Shown here: positions 50,903 through 61,943 of the stretch, piece after piece
Layout of the letters: each line of letters begins with the position of its first letter
How positions within the stretch are numbered: position 1 is the first letter of the stretch
From: an uncultured SAR86 cluster bacterium
GTDB lineage: Bacteria > Pseudomonadota > Gammaproteobacteria > Magnimaribacterales > AG-339-G14
DNA length: 64,000 bases
NCBI GenBank assembly: GCA_902614235.1
Contig: CACMKG010000002.1
Location: forward strand, 17,354-81,353
Direction of reading: 5' to 3'
Notes under the pieces: generated by a model
What the model saw: only the letters and a program-made list of their open reading frames with translations
Database searches by the model: none
What the model was told of the DNA's origin: nothing
Translations under genes and position numbers: made by a program

Positions 50903-51882
50903 AGTATTGAAGGTTCATATTCCAAAATAATTCCAAACTTATCTTTTATTATATCTATAACCTCTGAAGAATAAGACAAAAGAAAATCTGAAGTTTCAGA
51001 ATAATTATAAAAAACAAGGGCATGTTTTTTGGATATACCACAATCTCCTTTTTTTGAACCCTTTAAACCTGCATTTTCTATTAACCAAGCAGCCGAAACT
51101 TTGAAGTTTTTATCCTCAAATAAATAGTATTTAATATCGGGAAAATCAAGAACTAGTCTTCTGAGTTGAGTTCCTGAGATTATTGGATTTTTAAAAAAGC
51201 TCCCTACATTAGGAATTTTTTGATGATCGGGTAATTTTTGAGATCGAATATTTAAAATATTTTTCCTCTGCTCTTTAGCGTTCTTAACTATTTTTGGCAA
51301 AGCCTCATAATGTATATTGGGTTTAAATTCTTGGCTTAGATCAAGACAAATTTTGGTGACCATCAAACAAGGATTGTCTTTAAAAATACTATCTCGATAT
51401 GAAAAGTTACAAGCTTTGTTAGAAAATACCTCAAAACAACCTTTATTAAAATTAAAAGTTTCTACATAGTTCACAAAATTTGATATTTCAGATCCGTATG
51501 CGCCAATGTTTTGAATTGGTGTGGCTCCAACAGAACCAGGAATACCTGATAAATTCTCTAATCCATATAAATTTTTATTTAATGACTCAAATACTATGTC
51601 GTCCCAAATTTCTCCTGCACCGACTATTAAAGAATTTCCATTGACTGAAAATCCTTTTAAATTATTTTTAATAACTAGTCCTTTTAAATTATTTTTTAAA
51701 ATGACATTAGTCCCGTCTCCAAAAATCCAATATTTAATTTTTTTTTCTTCCAGAAAGTCGTAAATTAAGAAAAGATCTTTTTCAGAGTTACAAGACACAA
51801 AGTAGTCAGAGGCATAATTCAACTTAAGCGAATTATTTTCTTTTAAACTATAATTTGTATTAAAATTTTTTGGCAATTTCAT
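50896..51882 (-). CDS. murB: UDP-N-acetylenolpyruvoylglucosamine reductase
   Basis: GLENLSGIPGSVGATPIQNIGAYG, FSYRDSIFK, GSFFKNP, AAWLIE. Confidence 0.96.
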   Translation of the reverse strand: MKLPKNFNTNYSLKENNSLKLNYASDYFVSCNSEKDLFLIYDFLEEKKIKYWIFGDGTNVILKNNLKGLVIKNNLKGFSVNGNSLIVGAGEIWDDIVFESLNKNLYGLENLSGIPGSVGATPIQNIGAYGSEISNFVNYVETFNFNKGCFEVFSNKACNFSYRDSIFKDNPCLMVTKICLDLSQEFKPNIHYEALPKIVKNAKEQRKNILNIRSQKLPDHQKIPNVGSFFKNPIISGTQLRRLVLDFPDIKYYLFEDKNFKVSAAWLIENAGLKGSKKGDCGISKKHALVFYNYSETSDFLLSYSSEVIDIIKDKFGIILEYEPSILC

Positions 51883-52609
51883 TTGCTTCTATTAAATCTT
51901 TTTCTGTATCAACGCTAAGATGAAATAATGACTTTGATGGTAAAGCTTTAATCAAGACACCATTATCTAATGCGCGTAATTGCTCTAATTTAAACTCTAA
52001 TTCCCGTTTAGATTGCTGCCATTTTACAAAATTCTTTAAACATTTAAATTTGTAACCATAGATACCGAGATGAATAAACCAATCTGAAGTATCGCCCTCA
52101 ACTTCTCTAGAAAAGTCTAATGAAATGCATTCATCAACTTTAATTTTTACTTCGTTAAAATTATTTTTAGTCGGTAATGTTTCATGTGCTGAGTAAAGGG
52201 TAGTCATTTCATGATCTAAAATATTTTCTAATTTAGAAGGAAGATTATTTTCAACATCCAAAAAAGAATTGAAAATATTATTTATATCAACTGGGTCAAT
52301 GAAAGGTTCATCTCCTTGCACATTAATTACAATATCTTCATCTTGTAAATCGAGATTATTAGCAACTTCAAATATTCTATCAGTTCCAGTTTGGTGCTGA
52401 TCAGATGTTAAAACTACGTTTCCTTCAAATTCCTCCACTACTTTTTTAATTTTATTTGAATCAGTAGCAACAATAATCTCATCAGCTATAGAATTTTTTG
52501 CAGCTTGGTAAGTCCATTCAATCATGGGTTTCTTATCAATTAATTTTAAAGGTTTTTCAGGTAAACGCTCAGAATCTAATCTTGCTGGAATGATAACTAT
52601 TTTTTTCAA
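51860..52609 (-). CDS. kdsB: CMP-KDO synthetase
   Basis: IIPARLDSERLPEKPL, HQTGTDR, NVQGDEP, HLGIYGY, LEQLRAL. Confidence 0.96.
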   Translation of the reverse strand: MKKIVIIPARLDSERLPEKPLKLIDKKPMIEWTYQAAKNSIADEIIVATDSNKIKKVVEEFEGNVVLTSDQHQTGTDRIFEVANNLDLQDEDIVINVQGDEPFIDPVDINNIFNSFLDVENNLPSKLENILDHEMTTLYSAHETLPTKNNFNEVKIKVDECISLDFSREVEGDTSDWFIHLGIYGYKFKCLKNFVKWQQSKRELEFKLEQLRALDNGVLIKALPSKSLFHLSVDTEKDLIEANEIAKKF

Positions 52610-55380
52610 GATATAATTTCTTTATAAATTTTATCGGCAAAATCCTCGGATAATTTTGCTTCTATCTTAAGATACCAAAAATTACCTTTAAAATTTTTAC
52701 ACTTTATTGCATCTTTTTCGGTCATTATTATCGGTAAATCTTCAAGTCCAATAAAATCAGCCTTGTTATAAATATGATGATCAGGAAAAGAATTTTCAAT
52801 AACTTCAAATCCTAGATTTCTAAGTGTAGAAAAAAAATTATTTGGATTTGCAATACCTGCAACTGCATATACTAATTTTTCGTGGGGCCAATCTTCAATT
52901 TTTCTTTCTTCCCCAGAGGTTAATCTGACCCAAGAAACTGGTTCGTACGTCATTAATATATCTTTATCAGATAAATTTTCTTCTTCAGCATAAAATTTAT
53001 TTGTATTTATAATGTAATTTACTTCTCTCAATCTTTTTAGAGGCTCTCTCAACGGGCCAGCAGGAAAAGTAAACCCATTGCCAAATTTTCTAAAGCCATC
53101 AACTAATGCTACTTCTAAATCCCTATTAAGCTTATAGTGCTGCATTCCGTCATCACTTATTACTACATCGCAATTATGTTTTTTTAAAAGAAATTTTACC
53201 GCTTCCACTCTGTCAGGAGAGATTACAGTAGGACAACGAGTCTGATTAAAAATAAGCTTCGGTTCGTCACCAGATGCATTTACGTTAGTTTGCTCATTAA
53301 CATCTAGTGGAAATTTAGAAGACGAGCTTTTGTATCCTCTTGAGACAATTCCAGGTTTAAGTCCTTTATTTTTTAGAAGGTTAGCAAGCCATATCACAAA
53401 AGGAGTTTTACCGTTCCCTCCCACACTCAAATTTCCTACTACTATTACTTTTTGGTCGGGTTTCCATGCTTTCTTTTTTTGTCTACTTTTTCTTATCGTG
53501 GTTAGAATATTAAATATCCAAGATAGAGGTAACATAAATTTTATCCATGATTTATTTTCATACCAAGCCTTCTCTATCATTCCTTGTGGAGATTTTTCTT
53601 CAATTTTTATAGGAGGAAGAATTATTTTAGATTCTTCTGGAGCTTTTAAATCTTTATCAGAAAATTGATTCTTATACAGTTCAAAATATTCTCCTTCTAG
53701 AGATAGCAAATCTTTGTGATTTCCCTTTTCAACAATCTTCCCTTTTTTTATTACAATTATTTCATTGGCGTTTTCAACAGTAGATAATCGATGAGCTATG
53801 ACTATTGTAGTTTTGCCAATTTTTAATTTTTCTATTGCATCCTGCACAAGTTTTTCAGATTCAGAGTCCAGTGCTGATGTCGCTTCATCTAAAAGCAAGA
53901 TTGAGCATTTTTTTAAAAAAGCTCGAGCGATTGCAATTCTTTGTCTTTGCCCACCAGATAAAAGGGTTCCATCATTACCAATTAGAGTTTCATATTTATT
54001 TGGAAGTTCTGAAATAAATTCATGGGCATGAGCTTGCTTGGATGCTTCGATTATTTCCTCTTCGGAAGCTTCGGGATTGGCATATTTAATGTTATTAAAA
54101 ACGGTATCATTGAATAAAACGGTTGTTTGTCCTACTGCTGATATATTTTCTCTTAAATTTGAAAGTTCTATTTCATTTAAAGAATAGTCATCAATTAAAA
54201 TTTCGCCGCTAGATACTTCATAAAACCTTGGAATTAAATTTATTATAGTTGACTTCCCTGCCCCTGAAGAACCAACTATTGCAAGAGTTTCACTTGGCGA
54301 AGCATTAAATGATAAGTTATCTAATGTAACATCGTTAGAGTTAGCATAACTAAATGAGACGTCTTTAAATTCTAACTTTCCCTTGCACTCATTTAATATG
54401 ATATCCCCATTGTCTTGTTCGGGTAACTCGTCAAGTTGATCAAAAATTGTTTCAGATGCTGCAACTCCTCTTTGTACCATTGCGTTTACTTGAGTTAATT
54501 GTCTTATAGGCTTGGCCAACATTCCTGCTGCACCAAAGAATGCAATGAAAGTTCCAGCAGTCATCACCTCCAATACATTTGAATCTAAAGCAATCCAAGT
54601 TATCAAAGCAAGTGCAAGAGATAGAATGATTTGTATTAAAGGAGATGAAATTGCATTGGTTGATTCAAATTTTAAATAAGCGATAGTATTATCCATACTT
54701 GCTTTTTTGAATCTCATATTTTCAGCTTCTTGTTGATTGAATAATTTTATTTCTTTATTTGCATTAATTGATTCAGAGCTAACATGGGTTACATCTCCCA
54801 TAGCGTTTTGTAGTCTAGTACTTACTCTTTTAAGCCTTCTTGCTGCTAAATATATAATCCCGCTTATAAAAGGCGCAGTTATTAAAAATACTAATGAAAG
54901 TTTCCAATTGAGGTACAAAAGATAACTTAGAAGACCTAATGCAATTAAGCCCTCTCTAAATAAAATCTTAATTGCTTCGCTACCAGAATCCCTTACTTGG
55001 CCTACATTAAAAGTAATCCTTGATAAAAGATGGCCTCTATTATTTTCGTCATAATACTTTGATGGAAGAAAAACTAATGATTTAAAGAGTTCAGATCTTA
55101 AATCGTGAACTAGATTCAAAGATACGTAATGCATGAAAAAATGACCCAAATAAGAGCCAATTCCCCTAAATGCTGCTAATCCTACTAAAGCTAAAGGTAG
55201 AAAAAGTGACTTTGATTTGTCAGGTGCAGCAATGTAGTCAACAATTTGTTTAAACCACTCAGCTATTGCAACTTGAGTAGATGCAAAAATTGCAAATCCA
55301 AAGAAGCTTATTAAAAAATAACCATAATAAGGTTTTACATAAGAAAGTAGTCTGAGATAGTAAGATTTTTTCTTAGACAT
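52606..55380 (-). CDS. msbA-lpxK: Fused lipid A flippase MsbA and tetraacyldisaccharide 4'-kinase LpxK
   Basis: ABC TM domain, GSSGAGKST, LSGGQRQR, LDEATSALD, then in frame VGNLSVGGNGKTP, SRGY, GDEP, SDDGMQHY, PAGPLRE, FPDHH, MTEKDAIK. Start set at MSKKKSY, just after the exbD stop. Confidence 0.93.
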   Translation of the reverse strand: MSKKKSYYLRLLSYVKPYYGYFLISFFGFAIFASTQVAIAEWFKQIVDYIAAPDKSKSLFLPLALVGLAAFRGIGSYLGHFFMHYVSLNLVHDLRSELFKSLVFLPSKYYDENNRGHLLSRITFNVGQVRDSGSEAIKILFREGLIALGLLSYLLYLNWKLSLVFLITAPFISGIIYLAARRLKRVSTRLQNAMGDVTHVSSESINANKEIKLFNQQEAENMRFKKASMDNTIAYLKFESTNAISSPLIQIILSLALALITWIALDSNVLEVMTAGTFIAFFGAAGMLAKPIRQLTQVNAMVQRGVAASETIFDQLDELPEQDNGDIILNECKGKLEFKDVSFSYANSNDVTLDNLSFNASPSETLAIVGSSGAGKSTIINLIPRFYEVSSGEILIDDYSLNEIELSNLRENISAVGQTTVLFNDTVFNNIKYANPEASEEEIIEASKQAHAHEFISELPNKYETLIGNDGTLLSGGQRQRIAIARAFLKKCSILLLDEATSALDSESEKLVQDAIEKLKIGKTTIVIAHRLSTVENANEIIVIKKGKIVEKGNHKDLLSLEGEYFELYKNQFSDKDLKAPEESKIILPPIKIEEKSPQGMIEKAWYENKSWIKFMLPLSWIFNILTTIRKSRQKKKAWKPDQKVIVVGNLSVGGNGKTPFVIWLANLLKNKGLKPGIVSRGYKSSSSKFPLDVNEQTNVNASGDEPKLIFNQTRCPTVISPDRVEAVKFLLKKHNCDVVISDDGMQHYKLNRDLEVALVDGFRKFGNGFTFPAGPLREPLKRLREVNYIINTNKFYAEEENLSDKDILMTYEPVSWVRLTSGEERKIEDWPHEKLVYAVAGIANPNNFFSTLRNLGFEVIENSFPDHHIYNKADFIGLEDLPIIMTEKDAIKCKNFKGNFWYLKIEAKLSEDFADKIYKEIIS

Positions 55381-55381
55381 A

Positions 55382-55795
55382 TCAATTTGCCTGTGAAACT
55401 CCATTAATTTGAATATTTTTAAAGCCGTTTCTATTCAAAGATTCCATGATAGTAACTAAATATTGATATTTTGTATCTGAATCTGCAGAAATAGTGGCTG
55501 TTTTTATATCAGGAGAAATAGCTCTGAGCTCTTCATTTAATGCCTTGATAGAAAAATTATCTAAAATTATATTATTGATCAAGACCTCTCCTTCTTTAGA
55601 TATCTCTATTTTGACTCTTTTTTCCGGCAGATTACTCATTGTTTTTTTATCAATAGTTGGCAAATCGATGGACATGGTTTTTAAATCTATAAACTGTGTA
55701 CTCAACACAAAGAATATGAGTAATAAAAAAATAACATCCACCAAAGGGGTAATTTCTAAATTAATTTCAGGAGATTTTTTTTTCTTAAATTTCAA
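55382..55795 (-). CDS. exbD: Biopolymer transport protein ExbD/TolR
   Basis: ITPLVDVIFLLLIFF and ISADSD; TTG start overlaps the exbB stop. Confidence 0.9.
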   Translation of the reverse strand: MKFKKKKSPEINLEITPLVDVIFLLLIFFVLSTQFIDLKTMSIDLPTIDKKTMSNLPEKRVKIEISKEGEVLINNIILDNFSIKALNEELRAISPDIKTATISADSDTKYQYLVTIMESLNRNGFKNIQINGVSQAN

Positions 55796-56394
55796 TTTTT
55801 TGATAAGTAATTAATTAATTTATTGGATTCTTCTTCAAGCTCTAGCGAATAATTTTCTATTGTCCTATTAAAAGATCTATAGAAAATAAGACTTGGAATA
55901 GCAACTATTAGTCCAGCAGCAGTTGTAACCAGGGCTTCTGCTATTCCCCCGGCCAGCGGCCCAATTGAATTAGTCCCTGAAACTAACAAATTACTGAATA
56001 TAGAAATCATTCCAGTTACTGTTCCTAAAAGTCCTAAAATGGGAGAAACAGAAGCAATTGTTCCTAACAACGTCAAAAATTTTTCAAGTCTATTTATTTC
56101 AAATCTTCCTATTTCTTCGGCGCGAAGCCTTAAATTAGTTTTACTTTTCAATTTTTCTTCCATAAGTCCAAGAAAAATATTTCCTTGAATAGAGTCACTA
56201 GCCATTTTTTCTTTCATACTGTTAGTTAAAGATTTTTTTTCAATTTGAGATATAACGTCTTTGGTTAAATCCTTTGGTAAAACTGCATCTCTCGCTAAGT
56301 TCCATGATTTTTCAATGACGATTGCTAAAGAAATAATCGAAAGTAGGATTATTGGCCAAATTATAAAACCGCCTGAAAGAATTATGTAAGACAT
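55792..56394 (-). CDS. exbB: MotA/TolQ/ExbB proton channel protein
   Basis: LGTIASVSPILGLLGTVTGMI, GIAEALVTTAAGL. Confidence 0.9.
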   Translation of the reverse strand: MSYIILSGGFIIWPIILLSIISLAIVIEKSWNLARDAVLPKDLTKDVISQIEKKSLTNSMKEKMASDSIQGNIFLGLMEEKLKSKTNLRLRAEEIGRFEINRLEKFLTLLGTIASVSPILGLLGTVTGMISIFSNLLVSGTNSIGPLAGGIAEALVTTAAGLIVAIPSLIFYRSFNRTIENYSLELEEESNKLINYLSKN

Positions 56395-56413
56395 ATAAAG
56401 AATACTTTAGTGT

Positions 56414-57088
56414 TCATATAAAAGAACCTGAGTCCATTGTCTTCTGAAAATCAGAAATTTCTTCAAAACTTCTATCATGAGTAGCTATTATTAAGGAAGA
56501 TTTAGAATTTATCATAAAATCTTTTAACATTTCTCTAACTTCTTGGGCAGTTTCACGATCTAGATCCCCTGTAGGCTCATCTAACAAAACAAACTTTGGA
56601 TCATGTATTAGAGCTCTTGCAATAGCTACACGTTGCCTTTCTCCCCCGGATAATTGATTAGGCTTGTGGAATAATCTTTTTTCAAGTCCAAATTTAGTAA
56701 GTATTTGTCTTGATTTTTCATAAGCAACTTCTTTTGAGTGACCGTTAAGCAAGAGAGGAAATGCCGCATTATCAATTGCTTTAAATTCAGGAATTAAATG
56801 ATGAAATTGATAAACAAATCCAATATTTGTCCTCCTTATTGATGCCAATTCATCAAGTGTCAAATCTTGGAAAGTGTAATTTTCAAATTTTATTTGCCCA
56901 CTAGTGATAATTTCTAACCCAGCTAACAAATGAAGAAGTGTCGATTTACCTGAGCCGGAACGTCCAAAGACAATCATTATATCGGATTCATTAACTGAGA
57001 AACTGACCTCGTTTACTGCTTTTATAATGTTTGAATTATCAGAAAAGTTTTTCTTTAAATCTTTTACATCAATAACTTTATTACTCAT
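56414..57088 (-). CDS. lolD: Lipoprotein-releasing ABC ATPase
   Basis: [35 protein letters not shown]. Confidence 0.93.
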   Translation of the reverse strand: MSNKVIDVKDLKKNFSDNSNIIKAVNEVSFSVNESDIMIVFGRSGSGKSTLLHLLAGLEIITSGQIKFENYTFQDLTLDELASIRRTNIGFVYQFHHLIPEFKAIDNAAFPLLLNGHSKEVAYEKSRQILTKFGLEKRLFHKPNQLSGGERQRVAIARALIHDPKFVLLDEPTGDLDRETAQEVREMLKDFMINSKSSLIIATHDRSFEEISDFQKTMDSGSFI

Positions 57089-58325
57089 TTCTCAAAACCT
57101 CTGCTGGAACAATTTTGGAGGCGACTCTGGCGGGATATAAACAAACCAAAAGAGTGAGAATAATCGTAGAAAATAAGATAAAAAAGACCCAAGAAAACCT
57201 TATATCTATTGGAAAGTAATTTATAAAATAAGTATCTTGCATCAAAGAATTTATCACTTTTTCAAAAAATCTTGATGAAAGCAAATAGGTAATTAATATA
57301 CCTAATCCAAGACCAACCAAAGAACCAATCAAAGAAATCATTGCCCCAAGATAAATAAATATTTTTCTAATTTCATATTTCGACATACCCATGGTTTTGA
57401 AAATTGCCAATTGAGCTTTTTTGTCGTTAATCATCATAATTAACATCGAGACAATATTAAAAGCCGCAACTATAACTATCAAAAATACCAAAATTCCAAC
57501 TAATGTTTTTTCCATCATTATTGCTTCAAATAAAGGCCCATAGGTTACTGTCCAATTTTCAGAAATTAATATCTGATCGCTGTAATCCTCTACATCCATC
57601 AGTACTTCCCATGATAAGTAATTAGCATCAAACAAATCATCAAACTTAATTCTAAAACCCTGAATTTGATCTTTGATTGATAGCAAATTTGCTGCGTGAA
57701 CAATATTTATGTAAGCAACTCCTTCGTCAATGTCAGGCGCTCCAACTCTAAAAATTCCTGTTACTTTGAAGTTTTTGATTTTTGGAAAATAGCCAGAAAA
57801 TGAAGCTTTGGTATCTGGGAGCATTAAAGACACCTGATTACCAATATCTAAATTTAACTTTCTTGCTAACAGCTCTCCTATAATTATATTATTTCCGTTT
57901 TCATTTAAAGAGTCGTAACTACCTTTTATAATAAAATTAGAAACGACAGATACGTTTTTTTCAGAATCTGGAACTATTCCTATTAAATTAGATCCATATA
58001 CTTCGTCTGAACTTCCAATCAACATTTGAGATTGAACAAAAGGAGAAACTCCCATCACTTTAGGATGCTTTTCCAATACATCGTACATATCACTCCAATT
58101 TGAAATTGGAACAACTCCCATTATTGAGGCATGAGGAATAACATTAAGTATCCTGTCACGAAGTTCTTTTTCAAAACCATTCATAACCGAAGAAACTATT
58201 ATCAAAACAGCTACTCCAATTGCAACGCATGCATAGGCTAAAGAAGAAACAAAAGAAGTGGCTCCCTTGGTTTTCGATCTTAGATATTCAAAAGCAATGG
58301 ATAGAGATATATCTTTAGTTTCCAT
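57081..58325 (-). CDS. lolE: Lipoprotein-releasing ABC permease LolE/LolC (single copy here)
   Basis: IGVAVLIIVSSVMNGFEKEL, VAAFNIVSML, LYPARVA...PAEVLR. Confidence 0.9.
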   Translation of the reverse strand: METKDISLSIAFEYLRSKTKGATSFVSSLAYACVAIGVAVLIIVSSVMNGFEKELRDRILNVIPHASIMGVVPISNWSDMYDVLEKHPKVMGVSPFVQSQMLIGSSDEVYGSNLIGIVPDSEKNVSVVSNFIIKGSYDSLNENGNNIIIGELLARKLNLDIGNQVSLMLPDTKASFSGYFPKIKNFKVTGIFRVGAPDIDEGVAYINIVHAANLLSIKDQIQGFRIKFDDLFDANYLSWEVLMDVEDYSDQILISENWTVTYGPLFEAIMMEKTLVGILVFLIVIVAAFNIVSMLIMMINDKKAQLAIFKTMGMSKYEIRKIFIYLGAMISLIGSLVGLGLGILITYLLSSRFFEKVINSLMQDTYFINYFPIDIRFSWVFFILFSTIILTLLVCLYPARVASKIVPAEVLRNE

Positions 58326-58349
58326 AAGATATAAAACTATACAGAAAAA

Positions 58350-59801
58350 TTATTTCAATACTGAGTCTTTAGTTGAATCGAATTGCTTTCCTTTATAGGG
58401 AGGCATCATTGGGGCTAAAAGGTCAGCCGAAAATTGTTTATAAATTGCTTTTGCATGGCTAAAGTTTTTAAAACCATCGAAGCCATGATAATTTCCAGTG
58501 CCACTTGGTCCAACCCCTCCAAAAGGGATGTCTTCTTGACCTATATGCCAAATAACATCATTGAGAGTCACTCCGCCCGAAATAGTGTTATTTAAAACGT
58601 CATTTTCTCTTTTTTTATCATTCCCAAAATAGTACAAACCTAGAGGCCTATCTTTGGAATTTACATAACCTATTGTCTCTTGAAAATCATCATATTCTTT
58701 AACTGGCAATAAAGGGCCAAATATTTCCTCTTTCATAATATCCATATCGTCCGTAGGATTTAATACCAAGGTTGGTGGAATTTTATGAACTTCTTGTTGA
58801 CTGAAATCCTCATCAGCGGGATTTATTACTCTTATGTCTGCGCCTTTTTCTTTAGCATCTTCAATTAAACTATTTAAGCGATCATAATGTTTTTCATTAA
58901 TCACTGAAGTATAACTCTGGTTATATTTTAAATTTTCATACATTGACTTAACTGCATTTTCCGATTCTTTTACAAAATCCTCAGATTTTCCCTTCGGCAC
59001 CATTACATAATCAGGAGCTAAACAGATTTGTCCCGCATTCATTGTCTTCCCTCTCATAACTTTAGTAGCAGTATTTTTTAGATCAGCATTTTCATCAACT
59101 ATTACAGGTGATTTTCCACCCAGCTCCAAAGTTACTGGGACCAAATTTTCTGACGCTGATTTCATAACTAATTTTCCAGTTTGAGTACTTCCTGTGAAAA
59201 GTAAGTGATCGAAAGGCAAAGCACTAAATGCTGCTGCCACATCTGGTCCCCCAGTGAAAACGGCAGCTTCTGAAGGATCAAAAAACTCTTTGAACATTTT
59301 TTCTGTTAAATCAGAAGTCGCTGGTGTAAATTCAGATGGTTTAATCATAACTCTATTACCCGCGGCGAAAATTGTCCCTAATGGAGATAGAACAAGATTA
59401 ATTGGAAAATTCCATGGACTTATTACACCAACTGTTCCTAAAGGCTGGTATTTAATCCATGATTTCGCTCCAAATAAAGACATAACTGTCCTTATTGCAA
59501 AAGGTTGAGAAGGATTGCTTTTCCTTTTTTCATCTTTCATCCATTTTCTTACATTTTCTTTAGCATGATTAATAGAACCAATCGTGGACATAATTTCTGA
59601 TATAAAACCTGCTTTATAATCTCTGTTACCAAAATCTTCTTGAATAGCATCTAGAATTTCAACATTATATTTCTTGAGCATTTCAACACATCTGTTTAGT
59701 CTGTCTTCCCTTAATTCTAGACTTGGAGTTTCTTCTTCAATATATAATTTTTTTTGAAGTTTAAGGATCTTTTCCATTTCCTGTATTTTTTCGTTAGACA
59801 T
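58350..59801 (-). CDS. Aldehyde dehydrogenase (coniferyl/fatty aldehyde type)
   Basis: PWNFP, KPSE, FTGS, LELGGKSP, NAGQICLAPDY, EEIFGP. Confidence 0.92.
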   Translation of the reverse strand: MSNEKIQEMEKILKLQKKLYIEEETPSLELREDRLNRCVEMLKKYNVEILDAIQEDFGNRDYKAGFISEIMSTIGSINHAKENVRKWMKDEKRKSNPSQPFAIRTVMSLFGAKSWIKYQPLGTVGVISPWNFPINLVLSPLGTIFAAGNRVMIKPSEFTPATSDLTEKMFKEFFDPSEAAVFTGGPDVAAAFSALPFDHLLFTGSTQTGKLVMKSASENLVPVTLELGGKSPVIVDENADLKNTATKVMRGKTMNAGQICLAPDYVMVPKGKSEDFVKESENAVKSMYENLKYNQSYTSVINEKHYDRLNSLIEDAKEKGADIRVINPADEDFSQQEVHKIPPTLVLNPTDDMDIMKEEIFGPLLPVKEYDDFQETIGYVNSKDRPLGLYYFGNDKKRENDVLNNTISGGVTLNDVIWHIGQEDIPFGGVGPSGTGNYHGFDGFKNFSHAKAIYKQFSADLLAPMMPPYKGKQFDSTKDSVLK

Positions 59802-59819
59802 ATCTTCTCCCGTTTATTT

Positions 59820-60713
59820 TTATTTAGTATTTCTTAAATTCTTATCTTTCTCATTACTTTTCTTAATAGTATCTCTTATATTCGTCCAATCTTCATCTTT
59901 AAGTTTACCTAAACTTGCAAAGGTTCCTCCAGCAGAAAGATAAGCCGCTCCATCAATTGCAATAGTTTGTCCTGTCAAATAATCGCATCCATCAGCCATC
60001 AAAAAAGTTGCAAGGTTACCCAGTTCACTCATTTCTCCTACTCTACCCATTGGATTTGACGACATAGAACTTTGATCCAATGCACCTTTATTATCTTCTG
60101 TTTCAGGACTCAGTCTAGACCATGCACCTTCGGTAGGGAATGGCCCAGGGGCAATGCAATTTAATCTAATATTATGTGGACCCCATTCTACCGCTAACGA
60201 TTTTGTCATTGCATTTATTCCTGATTTAGACATTGCCGAAGGAACAACAAATGGAGACCCTGTCCATACCCAGGTCGTTGTAATCGAAAGAATATTTCCA
60301 GGTTTATTTTGTTCTATCCATTTTTTTCCAACTGTATTTGTCATATTAAATGTTCCATGAAAAACAATTGAAGCGATAGCATTGAAAGCATTTGGTGATA
60401 AATCTTTGGTCCTGCTTATAAAATTACCGGCAGCATTATTTACTAATCCATCAAGACCGCCATTAGCAAAAACTGTATCAATAGCTTCTTCAATTGCTAA
60501 AGAATCTCTAATATCCAAACTAAAAGAAGAAATTTTTCCATTGGTAGTTTCTGCTAACTCCTTTTCTGTTTCTTTTAAAACTGAATCTCTTCTTCCACAG
60601 ATAATTACTTCGGCGCCATGAGATAAAAAATGTTTTGCCATTTCTTTTCCTAAACCGCTGCCTCCACCTGTGACTAAAATTCTTTTTCCTTCTAATGCAT
60701 CTTCTTTGAACAT
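59820..60713 (-). CDS. SDR oxidoreductase, 2,4-dienoyl-CoA reductase-like
   Basis: TGGGSGLG, NNAAGNF, LSPNAF, IAPGP. Confidence 0.88.
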   Translation of the reverse strand: MFKEDALEGKRILVTGGGSGLGKEMAKHFLSHGAEVIICGRRDSVLKETEKELAETTNGKISSFSLDIRDSLAIEEAIDTVFANGGLDGLVNNAAGNFISRTKDLSPNAFNAIASIVFHGTFNMTNTVGKKWIEQNKPGNILSITTTWVWTGSPFVVPSAMSKSGINAMTKSLAVEWGPHNIRLNCIAPGPFPTEGAWSRLSPETEDNKGALDQSSMSSNPMGRVGEMSELGNLATFLMADGCDYLTGQTIAIDGAAYLSAGGTFASLGKLKDEDWTNIRDTIKKSNEKDKNLRNTK

Positions 60714-60725
60714 AATTTTTGAATC

Positions 60726-61943
60726 TTAATAATAAAAATATTTTTTTTGATTTAAAAGTATAAATACTATTAGTAATAAAGCCAAAAAACTAATGGCTAA
60801 GTACGGTAAATTTGGACTCAACATATAAAGAGGCATTATCGTAAAAGGCGTTATTAGATGTCCGATTGGGAAAACTGTACCCATCCAACCGCTTGCAGCA
60901 CCCTGTTCCTTCGGACTAACAGACAATGAAAGGATAGTTATGTTTCCAGGTCTTATGAGGCCTGAACCCAGCCCAAAAATAATCAATGATAAATATAAAT
61001 TAGATATCGAATTAGCATTAGCTAAAAATAAATAACTGAACAAAATTAAAGTACATCCCCATTTAATAAGATTCAGAGGTCTAATTTTAAATTTATCAAC
61101 GATAAACAAATTAGCAAACATTCCTGACATAGCTACCAATGAAAAGCCAATAGCTATTACTGCATAAACACTTTCTCCACTGGTTACTATTACATCTTTT
61201 GTGTAAAGAGCAGATGTTAAAACCAAACATGCATTCGAAATTCCCATAAATGATGCAACTAGCAATGAGGGCCAAACCCTTGAGTCATAAAATTTAAGTT
61301 TTGTTAATTTTTCAGATTCTGAAAATCCATCAGCTTCGTTCATATTTTTATAGTTATAAAATCCAATCAACAAACCTATCAAGGCTATGAATAAAAAAGG
61401 AGCTAAAAGATTTTCATTGAAAATAGATAAAAGGATACCTACAACAATAGGTCCTATCACAACTCCAAATTGCCAGCCAGCATCAAATCGTGCAAATCCT
61501 GCCGTTCTAGTTGTTGGCGAAGTTAAATCAGCTATTCTTCCTCCAGCAGCAGGTCTAACAGCACTTCCTAAGAGTCCATTTATTAATCTCGTTAAAACTA
61601 ATAAAGGAAAAACTAGTGCTAAAGGCAAAAAAAGGTTTTGAGCAGAAATTAATATTGCTGCAAAAGAAGCCATGGAAAGTGCGAATCCGATCATTCCGAT
61701 TAAAAAAATAGACCCCCTGCCAAACCTATCACTTAGTCTTCCCCAAAAAGGACTGAATATCATCCATGCTAAAGCAGATATTGAAAAAATTAGTCCAACC
61801 TCAAATTCACTAAACCCAAGACCTCTTACTTCTGATGGAATAAGAATGAACACTGTTGATTGACCAGCGCCTACACAAGCTAAAGCAGCAGAAAGAAACC
61901 AGATAGACTTATGGGGTTTTTCTTGCTCATTAATCATATGCAA
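60726..61943 (-). CDS. MFS transporter
   Basis: Motif A WGRLSDRFGR and about 12 hydrophobic segments. Confidence 0.9.
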   Translation of the reverse strand: MHMINEQEKPHKSIWFLSAALACVGAGQSTVFILIPSEVRGLGFSEFEVGLIFSISALAWMIFSPFWGRLSDRFGRGSIFLIGMIGFALSMASFAAILISAQNLFLPLALVFPLLVLTRLINGLLGSAVRPAAGGRIADLTSPTTRTAGFARFDAGWQFGVVIGPIVVGILLSIFNENLLAPFLFIALIGLLIGFYNYKNMNEADGFSESEKLTKLKFYDSRVWPSLLVASFMGISNACLVLTSALYTKDVIVTSGESVYAVIAIGFSLVAMSGMFANLFIVDKFKIRPLNLIKWGCTLILFSYLFLANANSISNLYLSLIIFGLGSGLIRPGNITILSLSVSPKEQGAASGWMGTVFPIGHLITPFTIMPLYMLSPNLPYLAISFLALLLIVFILLNQKKYFYY

